A DNA stretch of 64,000 nt, from positions 186,001 through 250,000 of the forward strand of contig NW_027271416.1 in the NCBI RefSeq assembly GCF_040938485.1, in the 5' to 3' direction. The DNA is from Diadema antillarum. Its lineage: Eukaryota. A model generated the notes under the pieces. It was not told the DNA's origin. It worked only from the letters and a program-made list of their open reading frames with translations, and did no database searches. Positions within the stretch are counted from its first letter, which is position 1. Each line of letters starts with the position of its first letter. This document shows, piece by piece, positions 22,041 through 33,201 of the stretch. A program made the translations under genes and the position numbers.

Positions 22041-22744
22041 CACTCAACAAAAAAGAAAGTAAACACTTTTTCCAGCACATATTTTTCATAGAAGATTTTG
22101 ATCAAAATTACTGTGGTATAAACCATATTAAAGATTATCTAATTGGCTATCAACCTGGTAGGTTAATACATATGGGGAATTTCACACATGAGTGAACACA
22201 ATGAATTTTGTCCTTCAAGACACAAACGCAAAAATTGCAAAAATTGACGTTTTGTCATTCATTTGCAAACGCCCTTAAAGATAGCAATGATAACAAAAGA
22301 CCAATCTAACACAACGAGATACATGAATGAAATAGCAAAAATAAGTTTTCGCCCCTTGTATCTCTTTACATCCTCAAACACAAACAAAAGGGGAAAATCA
22401 GAGTTTTCTGTCGAATCTAAATTGAAAAGACACAGGGAGTAAGCTGCAAAGGTGATGAAATTAACAGTTTCTTTATTTCATTCTTTTGATTTAGGAATAA
22501 TTTAAGGGTTCACGAGACAAATTCAAAAACCAAATACAATTTTCAAACTTCTTAATTTGAAATAATATTTGAAATTTCTACCATTTTTGTTAATATTGCC
22601 TCTTTCTTGCCATTTGAATTTGACAGAAGATTCTTAATTTTAATTAAATTACCTTTATATAAAACATTAATATTTAGCCAAATTTTCTATGAGAAATATG
22701 AACTTGAAAAAGTGTTTACATTCTTTCTTTTTTTGTGCTGAGTA
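22041..22744. mobile_element. Non-autonomous Tc1-like element with imperfect TIRs of about 60 bp
   Basis: CACTCAACAAAAAAGAAAGTAAACACTTTTTCC.. at the left pairs with ..GAAAAAGTGTTTACATTCTTTCTTTTTTTGTGCTGAGTA at the right, in a TA context. No coding remnant was recognised. Confidence 0.6.
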
Positions 22745-23299
22745 TATATATATATATATATACACACTACATACACACACGCATCATATAAACATGTAAA
22801 ACATGGTTCTGCAATCCAACTACTGTATATACACTATGTACTACATGATGTACATGGAAAAAACCCACTGAGATTGTACAGCTTATCTGAATTTGATGAT
22901 GAAAAAAAAGTAACAAAGAAACAAAGAATGGTACATTTCAAGAGTTAGACTACAACAAGCACTACCGACAATAAGTTACAGCAATGTCTGAAAATTTCAT
23001 AACATCCCTGTCAACTGAAAAGTCAAAGCACAGCCAAATTAAGTTCATATAACCTTTTATTTACATGTACATTTCAACATGACATATGTTTTACACATAA
23101 AATGGCAACCAAATTTCTTGTTCTACAGTACTCCCTGTTAGCCTTACTCAAATACATGGCATTTCATTCATATCTAGACCAGAGCAGATAACATTCAAAT
23201 AGTATGTGTATGGTACTTTTGGCATTTGCTTCTTCATATAATTATCATCTAACGGACACAAACTTTGGGATACACAATCTATCAACTGGACAATGAGTG

Positions 23300-23780
23300 A
23301 AGCAATAAGAGATGAAATCCTGTGATCATATTTATCCATGGTCTGGCCCCCACCTATCTCAGCGAACTTCTCACCATAAAAAACAACCCAGTTTTACAGA
23401 CTTCGTAGCTCAAATGACATCATGCTCCTCAGTCATCCATGCTGCAAGACGAAAATTACCTCAGGAGACCGTGCTTTTGTTAGTGCTGCACCAAGACTCT
23501 GGAATAATCTCCCTCCCTCAATCAGACATAAATCATCAATGAACAGTTTCAAAAATCCTCTTAAAAACACATCTATTTCAGGAAAGCTTCCCATAGTCAC
23601 TGTTCAGTACATCTCTGCATGGTTCCCAGATATCAGATATCCTTTATGAATTATGATTATGCAGTTAGTAGTCCTTTGATTTCATTATATTGTACGATCT
23701 TCAGTTAAGAATTAGATTGTGTTACTTTCTTATTAATCTATTTGGGTTTTTTTTTCTTTTCATTATATCATATAGTTATG
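23300..23780 (+). mobile_element. Degenerate 3' fragment of an L2/CR1 LINE
   Basis: Encodes GDRAFVSAAPRLWNNLPPSIRHKSSMNSFK (ORF 23422-23649), the characteristic L2 ORF2 C-terminus, with frameshifts on both sides. Confidence 0.8.
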
Positions 23781-23791
23781 TGCAGTTGAGT

Positions 23792-24139
23792 ATATTGACC
23801 GATTCGGGTTCGTTGAGGGCAGCAGACATTTCATGGCACTGTGCGCAGCCATAGTGGGTGTATCAGCCGACCCCCCCCCCCCCTGCTCTCCCCCACCCCG
23901 GGCAACATGTTTATCGCGCACTTGTAACAAAGGTTCGCGCACTAAGCAAGCATTCACGCACTAAGCAAGCATTCGCGCATTCAGTACGAGACGCCCATTG
24001 GCTAAAGCAGTTTTTCATTCTGCGCGCGTGCTAATGTAGGGAGAGGGGTGGGGAATGGGAAGGGGGGTCAGCTGAGACACCCACTATGGCTGCGCCCATG
24101 CCAAAAATACACATAGCGCATCACAGAATCGGTCAATAT
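23792..24139. mobile_element. MITE-like element with nested inverted repeats
   Basis: The outer inverted repeat is ATATTGACCGATTC/GAATCGGTCAATAT. The inner one is GCGCAGCCATAGTGGGTG..CCCCCC / GGGGGG..CACCCACTATGGCTGCGC (about 23843-24095). Confidence 0.6.
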
Positions 24140-25068
24140 GCTTCATAGAAACTGTGCAATAACTATTATTATTATTAGTCCACTACTTGAGTGCCAAAGC
24201 GGCTCAATTTTGAAGTAATTTGCATTTACACCTCTCTGCATTGCACTGAACCTACGTAAAACTAGTGCATCTAAGGGGTATTTATACAAGAATTCTCAGA
24301 TACACCAGCTTCTTTTGCAGGAAAAGATTAGCAGAACAAAGTTAAGAGTATCTGAAGTGCCAAATGTTTCTGAACTAACAGGAGCAATACAAAACGCAGG
24401 ATCTGCATGTGACATGCAAATGAGGGAAAATAAGTGTTGAAATACACTGTAGGTAATGAATCGACTGACCATCAATTTTTGGATACACTTGCTTTTTGGG
24501 ATCACTTCTAGTGATCATAACTATGAAACATCTGATCCCTGTAACTACTATCCCCCTTGTTATAATGGACAATGAAAACAAATATTCCAGTCATAATAAA
24601 CATGCCAATGAGTCATGTAGAAGCAGTACTACTGGTAATACCCAAGGGAAAAAAAATTAAATTATCAAAAAAATCTCGAAAACTGAAATAGACGGGCATA
24701 CATTATGGATTAGAAACATGAATTACAAGTTTGCTTCCTCCATGGAATCTTAACATGTCACACTGGAGTTTTTTGTTCTTAGTCACTGACTGACCACTCA
24801 TTTTACCCACAGTGTGCGATTGATGAGAAAGAACAGTTGAGTACCAGTTTCCTCGAAGCAACCAGAACACTCACAAAGATGTCCAAAGCTTGGAGGTTCT
24901 AATCACAGAGGCCATTCTCACTCAAAGAGCTGTCGAGAGCTCCACACCTGACATGATGCAAAACGTCCAGCCTCTCTCTTCACGTGATCCTCCACGGCTG
25001 CCTGGCACCTGTCCCGAAAGGTCCTTGCCACACCACAGGCTGCTACAGTGGACATTCAAGGGCCGAGG

Positions 25069-28000
25069 TCAGTGAAAGTTGAAGTAGTGGTCAATGGCAG
25101 CTGAGAATGCAGCAAAGCCTGCACAACCAACAACTCCTGCCTTAAGCCCCGCTGAAAAAAAAAGAGAAGAAAACAAAGATGCAAGGAAGGGAAGAAAAAA
25201 AAAAGAAGCAATACGAGACAAAATTTTTACTGGGTTATTGTGTGCTAATTCAAATGATCAGTTGCAAGAAAAGATCATTTTCATGAATCAGTAAGTCTTT
25301 GCTAAAACACAACATTCTGTAATATCCATTAAAACCATTCATCATACATGAATATATTTTGAGTCACATTGGCATGAAGAATTTCCTGAGTAAACTCATC
25401 AAGAAAAAAAAAATCCATCCTCTTAACAAATATTTATGGCTTAATAATTGAGAGTTGTTTTTACTTTAGATATAATCATTAAGTAGCTTACCTCTGTATC
25501 CAATGAGACCTCCAGTGATACATCCAGCCATAGGACTATTCTTCCAATCACTCTGTCCACGATACTATCAAATGAGTAGACACAAGAGACAGACAGACAT
25601 GAAATGAAGTGAGTGAAAGACGCTGTGAACTTATCAAATTTCACTGCTTCAAAGGAATGTATGTGCGGAATGTATGTGATCAAGCACAATACAAGTTACA
25701 CAAACTTATTTCATCGAGTAAAGTATAATTCTTCTCACAAAATATTTCAAAATCAGCTTAAAGGGATAGTTATAGTTTTGGTTTAAATGGGGTTTCAGGT
25801 TTCCAACTGTCTTTGTGAGATAATGAGAAACCTCATATCTTCGGCTGAGAATGGTAAGGGCGTGAAGTTGCCACTTAAGCCAGTGTTCAAGGCACCTTAA
25901 CGCCCTTCTCATTCTCAGCCAACAATATGAAATATTATAGGGCATACAATTCTAGGAGGAATTAAAAAGTTTATTCAATAAAAATTGGTCTTGAAATGGC
26001 TGTTACTTTGCTTTTTCATATCTTAGCCATTTTAAAACTAATTTTCATCAAATAAACTCGGAATTCCTCATAGAATTGTATGCTCTTTAATATTTCATGA
26101 GTGGTTTCTAATTATCTCACAAAAACTTAAAATCTGAATCTCCATCTCAACCAAAACTATATATCTCTTTAATCATAGGCTCCAAGTCTAACATAGAGCA
26201 TGAAAGCATCACTATAATGAACAAGTAGGTTATCACAAAATATACTGATATCTGAAAAGAGATAAATGTTAGCTTATCAACAAGTTAGTTTTCATCCCGC
26301 AATTCATCACAGTCATCAAGTTAAGTACTACACTGCCTAATGCTGAGAGCACTGTTGCTTATACAAGCCTTCACTTCTTCATTTTTTGCTGCTAATATTT
26401 GCTAATGCAGCTACACTGTCATACTCACTGATTCCACTATGCACTCTGTGCCAGCAAACATAGCACCGATCAGGGCAAAGTTCTTGGCGTGGAAGAAACA
26501 CTGCTTGCCCATATCCTTGATGACATCCCGTGCCCTCTGCTTTGCTGCCAGCTCGGGGTCGATGGGATTGACGCTGGCTGCAAACAGTCCAATGGCCCCA
26601 CCAAGTCCAAAGCCTGTGATATAATAAACACAAACATATTTTCACTTTTGAAAGATGCAGAATTTTCCAATTTTCCAAAGAGCATACCTTTCTCATGACA
26701 ATGATAAATTCTTTATAATCTAAACACAGGTTGTTTCTTGGGTAACAGACTTACCAAGTGCAAATGGTGGGTACGTCACAACTGAAAGTTTTGTCTTCTA
26801 CAATGCACTATGCATACAGCCCCCTTTAGCAAATAATCATTGGGTAAACAAAGCTAGATTTCTACTAGTATTCTGAGTGTACTTGCTGATTTTCATGAGG
26901 GGGACTCCTGCTCATGAGGCCCTCAGGGCAAGATGTTCATGAGGCCCCCTGTTCACCTCTCATCATTCTCACATCTGACATATAATTTTGTTGCTAGTTC
27001 CCACAGTGATTTTTCGTATCACACATGTCCACTCTCCATGATGAAAACAATAAAAATCTGTCTGTGCTTTTTTGACAAAAATGGAGTTTTAATCAAGCGA
27101 TGTGCAGCGATCCACTGAAACATGGGTGCTACCAGGTATGTTCAATGCAGGGCTGCTGCACCTATCGGCCTGATCTGACTCAAAATTTTCAGCTGTGCAC
27201 AAAAAAGCATTTGCGTTTCTACGTATGTAAATGTTCAGCTTTACCCTAGTAACAGTAGCCGGTATAGCAAAATAGCTGGCGGTCTAATTTTGGACGGTGT
27301 TCTGGGCCCCATTTCATAAAAACTTGATATGATAGCAACTCTTGCAGGAATGGCAATTGTCATGACAACGACAAGAATCCAGCTTCCTGATTGGCTGTTG
27401 CTATCGGAAGTTGCCATTCCAGCAAGAGTTGCCATCCCAACATCTTTTATGAAATGGGGCCCTAGCCAAATTATGGGCAGCTTGACCTCTGTATATCATC
27501 TAGAAAAGCACTCAGAGAGTGCAGACCTCCGCTAAGTCAGCAACTCATTTCCATAGTTGGCATTTTAACATGCTGCAATTTCCCAATATAGAAGCCCTTG
27601 TTTATGTCATAAGCAGAGCACCCGCTTTAGATTTAGTGCATATGTAATCCTCCAAGATGCACAGCCAGAACTCCCAAATTCATTGACCTTTATTGAATAT
27701 CATATGCCAAAAGATCAAAAATTTCCTTTGAAAATCTATAAAAATTCCCTGATCACTACCAAAATCTAATCATCTGTTCCTCGTGCCATTATCAACTTTT
27801 CCTGCTTCATTTCTAGTTTCATTCAAATCCATTCAAAACTTTTTGAGTTATTTCACAAACAGACAAACCGATTGGCGATGATCACTAATTTTAACCTCCT
27901 CCTTCCTTCTGCTGGCCTTGGCGGAGGTAATTATCATCAATAATTTTTTATTGTCGTTTATTATCGACTTCTGACCGTGAGAAAGGAAAGCTCGGACACC

Positions 28001-28425
28001 AAGATACAAGTGGACATTGAAATAGGCGGCGCCAGCGAGCATCCATTGGTGACTGGGCATTATTGGCACTGCGATGATGAGCAGCAACGACCATGACGAC
28101 CCGATGGATGGCTTCATCTTCGCTTCGCCCACGCCATGTCCACGGGCGCAGGCCACGGCCACGTTCGCCTTCGGTACTCACCTAGCACACCGCTGATGAC
28201 TGTCTTGAAGGTGCAGCTATCCATGACTCGTTCTACCGTTTGTTCTTCGGGGGTTTTCGGAGGAAAAGGAATTCCATACTGTCGCATTTCTGAGTTGTAT
28301 CTTTTCTTGTTTTCCCCAACTAATGCCTCCATAACTTGGAGCAGTCCAAGTTCGCTGACTTGACCTTCATTTTGTGTCGGTAACATCGACGAGGTTTCCC
28401 CATGTGATTCACTGGAAGCGGCCAT
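25069..28425 (-). CDS. TIMM22: Mitochondrial import inner membrane translocase subunit Tim22 (4 exons, 194 aa)
   Basis: Exons 28425-28182, 26613-26429, 25564-25492 and 25151-25069 with GT-AG junctions and phases 1/0/1. Protein: MAASSES...KTPEEQTVERVMDSCTFKTVISGVLG-GFGLGGAIGLFAAS...[68 protein letters not shown]. These are Tim17/22/23-family motifs specific to Tim22. Confidence 0.96.
25762..26168. mobile_element. TTAA-flanked non-autonomous DNA transposon (same family as 14667-15071) carrying a 78-bp hairpin insertion
   Basis: TTAA|AGGGATAGTTATAGTTTTGGTT ... AACCAAAACTATATATCTCT|TTAA. The insert is GGCTGAGAATG..CATTCTCAGCC at 25843-25920. Confidence 0.75.
27305..27461. mobile_element. MITE family A, copy 2
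   Basis: GGCCCCATTTCATAAAA/TTTTATGAAATGGGGCC TIR; near-identical to 62594-62751. Confidence 0.85.
27766..27931 (-). mobile_element. Fragment of a Helentron/DINE-like non-autonomous element
   Basis: Reverse complement of the 5' part of 48706-49103 (TACCTCCGCCAAGG...GGAGG; CATCTGTTCC..GTGCCATTATC). Confidence 0.6.
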
Positions 28426-29954
28426 CTTGCTTTCCTTTTGTACTACTGCCCTCAACGTTTAATTCCAAAAGCTTAAATCCGTCCGTAGGATTGTTAGTTT
28501 TTATGACATTATTTTTTTTTTTCATTCATTCTGCTGAATCACCCATAGTGAGTGCAATTACGTATCCAAGAAGTGCAGTAGGCCTAATAACTTTTGAAAA
28601 AAGTGTAGAGTTGACCTGATATTTTTTTTCATATTTCGTTTCCCGAATCCGTGTGCGAATTTGAATCAAATGTATCATATCTTCAAAAGTAATGACATTA
28701 ATTTTTTAAATCAAAGAGGTTATGATAACAAATAGGCCTTGAGTATTGTACAAAAATGTAATGAATTTCATATTGTTTTGTATTGCACTCAAGAGTGAAT
28801 GTCTGAGGGTAGCAAAGCAAAGTGATCATTGCAATCTATTATCATATACAATGTACATTATATAATAACACCGTAAATATATAATATAGGCCTAATTACA
28901 ATATATAATATACAGTCTATATTCTTTCAATACAAACGCTGTCCCCATGCTAAGGAGCTAATAGTCGCTGCAAATAAAATCTCAGTGCAATCTTCGGATT
29001 TTTAAACAAGCCAACGTAGGGTCGTAAACATTATTTTAACACATTTCAAAATAAATGCAGATTATCAGTTCTGCAAACATGGATGTGAGATTCAGAACAA
29101 CTGAGTAGTCGACCAGTGTAGATTAATTGTCAGTGCTTGTGGCAGTGTCTGTTAATAAAGCTCTATCAGTAGAATTATGTTTGAGTCTGTTCAAATTTGT
29201 GTCGTGGTTGTTGTAATTTTTACGACTGTCTTATAGCTGTTTTGCACGTAAAGAAGTATAATATCTCACAGTGGTAATCGATTCTTACTAACAAATCAAC
29301 GAATTTGACCCAAGGCCTATCATGGCATGGATAAAGAGAATTAAGTTGATCTTGTGTTATGGAGAATATAGAGAATTCTGGCGAGGGACGATAAAAAAAA
29401 AGGTTGATACTATACATGTATTGGTGATGTGAGGTTTCGATCGCGGCTAGACACAAGTGTGATTATTATTATTTGTTGTTGTTGTTGTTGTTGTTGTTGC
29501 TGTTTCACACATTCTGTTGTCGCTCGTGTCTTTTGTTCGCAGCGGCAATACTAGAGCTCTTTCCCCCACTATTCAATTCATTCAATTCAATTCATTTATT
29601 TTTCATTCTTCTTTTGTTCCAGCAGAGCACAACACAGAATGAATCAGGAATTATATCACAAACGTATACATTCAATTTTGCAAAGGATAAATGATACAAA
29701 TAAGGATATATGCATGCATACTTGCCAAAAAATACAAAGTTATGTTTCAGCTGAGAAAATAAAAAGAATTGAGAGGTCCACTATAAGGAAGCTAGTATAT
29801 TGTGAACCATTCAAAGGAAAATCTTATGAAATGCTTACTTGCATATACTTAGCACAAATGTAATTTAAGACAAGACGGAACAAAAACACGAGACACACAA
29901 CAACAGCATGACACGACTTGACAGAATGGATTGAAAAAATGGAAGAAAAGAATT

Positions 29955-30430
29955 GAGTATATGAATATAAGAACGACCCAAGTCCAATTTTTGGCCAAAT
30001 TCAGTTTGACATGGGAAATTGTATAGCTTATGCATGGACTCATCTTGTGTGTAAATGATAAATCCTAATTACCCCCGGAAGTGCCTGAAATGAATGAGTT
30101 CAATCTTATATTAATGTAAGAATGAAGGCCTTGGGTCATTCTTACATTCATATAATAGCGCCCTCTCTCATCCTTCTCCCATCTCTATAGCAGAATATCA
30201 TGTATATGAATCAAAGAACGACCCAAGTCCACCACACAAAATGGCCTCTCCACAATTAATGTAAATGTTAATTGTCATTATAATATATGTTCTAATTTGT
30301 ATATACAATGTTGCCTTCCCATCACAGTTAAATAGAATATTATTGGACAAATAAAAAAGATGATTTTTTTTTTTTAGTTTACTCGAAATGATCTTCCATG
30401 GACTTGGGTCGTTCTTATAGTCATATACTC
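29955..30430. mobile_element. Non-autonomous DNA transposon with TIRs of about 32 bp, flanked by AATT
   Basis: GAGTATATGAATATAAGAACGACCCAAGTCCA / TGGACTTGGGTCGTTCTTATAGTCATATACTC, with a third internal copy of AAGAACGACCCAAGTCCA near 30214. Confidence 0.7.
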
Positions 30431-31200
30431 AATTACGGAAAAAAGAGAATGCCTATACACGCTGAACAAGGAAACGGAAGAGGAAATTGAAGAGGTGCTT
30501 CAGACAGCTGGTGGCTGCACACGGCCGTGCAAGGATTATGATGGCTATTCCTTTACTATTGAGTAAACAATGTGAATATAATGGCAAGCGAATAATAATG
30601 ATGAAGTCTCCTTTGGTAAAGGATCATTATTATGATTAGGGTTCACATCTCTATGCACATCAGCACAAAGCAAGTCAGTGGTCAAAGAAACATTTCAGTG
30701 CTTAAAAAGAATATTGCTGCAGCTCTCGAGTATAAGAGAAATAGAGCACTATACAAAATCAATACAACCCTCACTAAAAATCGAAAAATTGAAAACCAAC
30801 AGGACGACTTTAAGACCAACACACAATATAATGTACGACAGAACTTGAGAATTTATTGTTAGTAAAATACCAACCTATATCTGACGGCATAACAATGAAT
30901 AATAAATCAAATAAGCACACATTGTGAGTAGCAAAAGGTATAGGCCTATGAGTAGTATAGGCCTAGACAATAAATGAAAGAATGCTTTATGAGTGTAAAA
31001 TCCGATTGTCTTTTTAGTAAAAGTAAATTGCTGCCATGCTGCCATATTATGTAATATCAGTCATATAAAAATATCTCGGGTTATTATCATAGTACAGTGT
31101 ATACGTATTGGTATACGAGATAAGAGCATCATATACCCAGGGACAGTTATCCTGCCAGCCCTTATGGAAGTCACATGGTATTAATATAACAATACCTGAA

Positions 31201-31379
31201 GGGCCCCGTTGCTAGAAACTTTGCGTTTAAACGCAACTTGCAACTGATTGTCACTGGCCAATCAAAATCATTGTTGCCTGCATGTCTTCTTAATAGGGCA
31301 GACAATGAGCCAATCAGAATGGTTGTTTCAAAATTAGCAATTATTTGCAATTGATTGCAACTTTCTTGCAACGGGGCCC
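31201..31379. mobile_element. MITE with GGGCCCCGTTGC TIR
   Basis: GGGCCCCGTTGCTAGAAA ... TTTCTTGCAACGGGGCCC. Confidence 0.75.
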
Positions 31380-31509
31380 GTTGGAGCCTTGTGGACATGG
31401 ATTTTGAATGATTTGAATGAAAGTTATTTGACATGTATACAGTGAACTCAGCCCTGTTCTTTGTTTTTGATGGATCCACTTTACAGCCACTAGACTTTGT
31501 CCGATACAC

Positions 31510-31636
31510 TATAGCCTTTTATCAAGGCCCTCTCACTGTATGGTGAAGAGAACCCACCCGAGTGGGATTGTGTCGCGCTCGACTGGGCTTGCTTCACTTG
31601 CCCGTTACTGCGAGAGGGCCTTGAAAAAAGGCTATA
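31510..31636. mobile_element. Small MITE
   Basis: TATAGCCTTTTATCAAGGCCCTCTC / GAGAGGGCCTTGAAAAAAGGCTATA inverted termini. Confidence 0.7.
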
Positions 31637-31721
31637 TACAATAAAGCCTTATAATCAGTTGGAGTACCATACATCTTGCACTCTATGACGATGCTCTGCA
31701 GTTACAGAGAACTCTCCCATA

Positions 31722-32013
31722 CTCTCTAAAGAAAATCGAGTGAAAATTTTCACTCTAAAAAGAGTGAATACAAAAAAAAGGGTGAATTTCGAGTGAAATT
31801 GGAGTAAATTTTGAGTGAAAATGCTCATTTTCACTCATTTTGGAGTGACGTCAGGGATCACTCGAAGATTTTGAAGTGATCCCTGACGTCACTCCAAAAT
31901 GAGTGAAAATGAGCATTTTCACTCAGAATTCACTCCAATTTCACTCGAAATTCACTCTTTTTTGTATTCACTCTTTTTAGAGAGAAAATTTTCACTCGAT
32001 TTCTTTTAGAGAG
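31722..32013. mobile_element. Almost fully palindromic MITE (foldback) with TA target duplication
   Basis: TA|CTCTCTAAAGAAAATCGAGTGAAAATT ... AATTTTCACTCGATTTCTTTTAGAGAG|TA. The arms of about 140 bp are built from GAGTGAA repeats with a centre near 31865. Confidence 0.85.
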
Positions 32014-32827
32014 TAGATTTTTCCCAATGTTATTTGACCAACTAAATTTAATACTTTCAAAAGCTATAACAAATGATTATTTTAAGAAATACTCAAAAGA
32101 CATTGTTGCAACTAAAAACCATGTAACTACAGCGTGTAGGCCTATATTGCACACACACACATGCACACATGCACACACACACACACACACACCATTGTAA
32201 GGCTACTGCGCAAAGTCAATAACACTTTATACATAAAAATGTGGTATAGTAAGCAATTTCTGACATTTGCAATGCTTGCCAGTGGCATGCTAGCCCAGTA
32301 TACAATGATAACAATATACAAGCAAACACCTGTATCAGTACTTTTTAATAAGGAATCAGTAAAGAGGCATATTTTACTTGGTCTATTATTTTGTTTCATT
32401 TTAACAATGTGGCGTTGAAATGACAGATGGTTTACTAGTGGTATGTATAGGCCCTACGTGACAGCTGTAACAAAAATATGCTGGATACATGTTACAATAA
32501 ACATAATCTTTCAGCTCAAGTGCCAAGTGCAGTTGAAAGACTGGTATATTATGTACATTCCAAGTGGAATAAATGAAAACTGTCGTCAGATAAGATAGAT
32601 AATTATTCTAGGATAGTTTCTAAATATATCGTTAGTTTCTCATGGCCTTTACAGACTTTGAATCATGAGACACAATTTAAGTATGCGAGCTGAACTGCAA
32701 AATAATACATGGATTGCCTTTTTTCCCAATTCCCACAACATACGGACATCCATAAAAAAAAAAAAAACTTGAATAACAATAATTATAAAAGCTAGGTTGA
32801 CCCAAACCTCTCTCAAAGGACATTGAG

Positions 32828-32986
32828 CAGGGGCGGATCCAAGAATTCCGAAAAGGAGAGGCGCCTTTACAAGATTAAAGGGGGCGCACCCCCCCCCCCC
32901 ATCATTTCTTTTTTCTTTCTTTTGTTTTAACGAAAAATAAAGAGGGGGCGCGCGCCCGGTGCGCGCCCCCTCTGGATCCGCCACTG
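32828..32986. repeat. Interspersed repeat with GGCGGATCC/GGATCCGCC termini (second copy at 36232-36390)
   Basis: CAGGGGCGGATCC...GCGCCCCCTCTGGATCCGCCACTG at both sites. Confidence 0.75.
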
Positions 32987-33088
32987 TTGAGTATTTTTGC
33001 ACAATGTAGAAAGAAGAGAATGAGAATGAGATAAGCGAGAGGAAAGAAGGGAGCCAGAGGAGAACCAGGGAGGTGACGTCTCACCTCC

Positions 33089-33157
<69 letters not shown>

Positions 33158-33201
33158 ATTAAGTATATTGTTCAGATGACATCTTTCATTTTCAATGTCC
33201 G

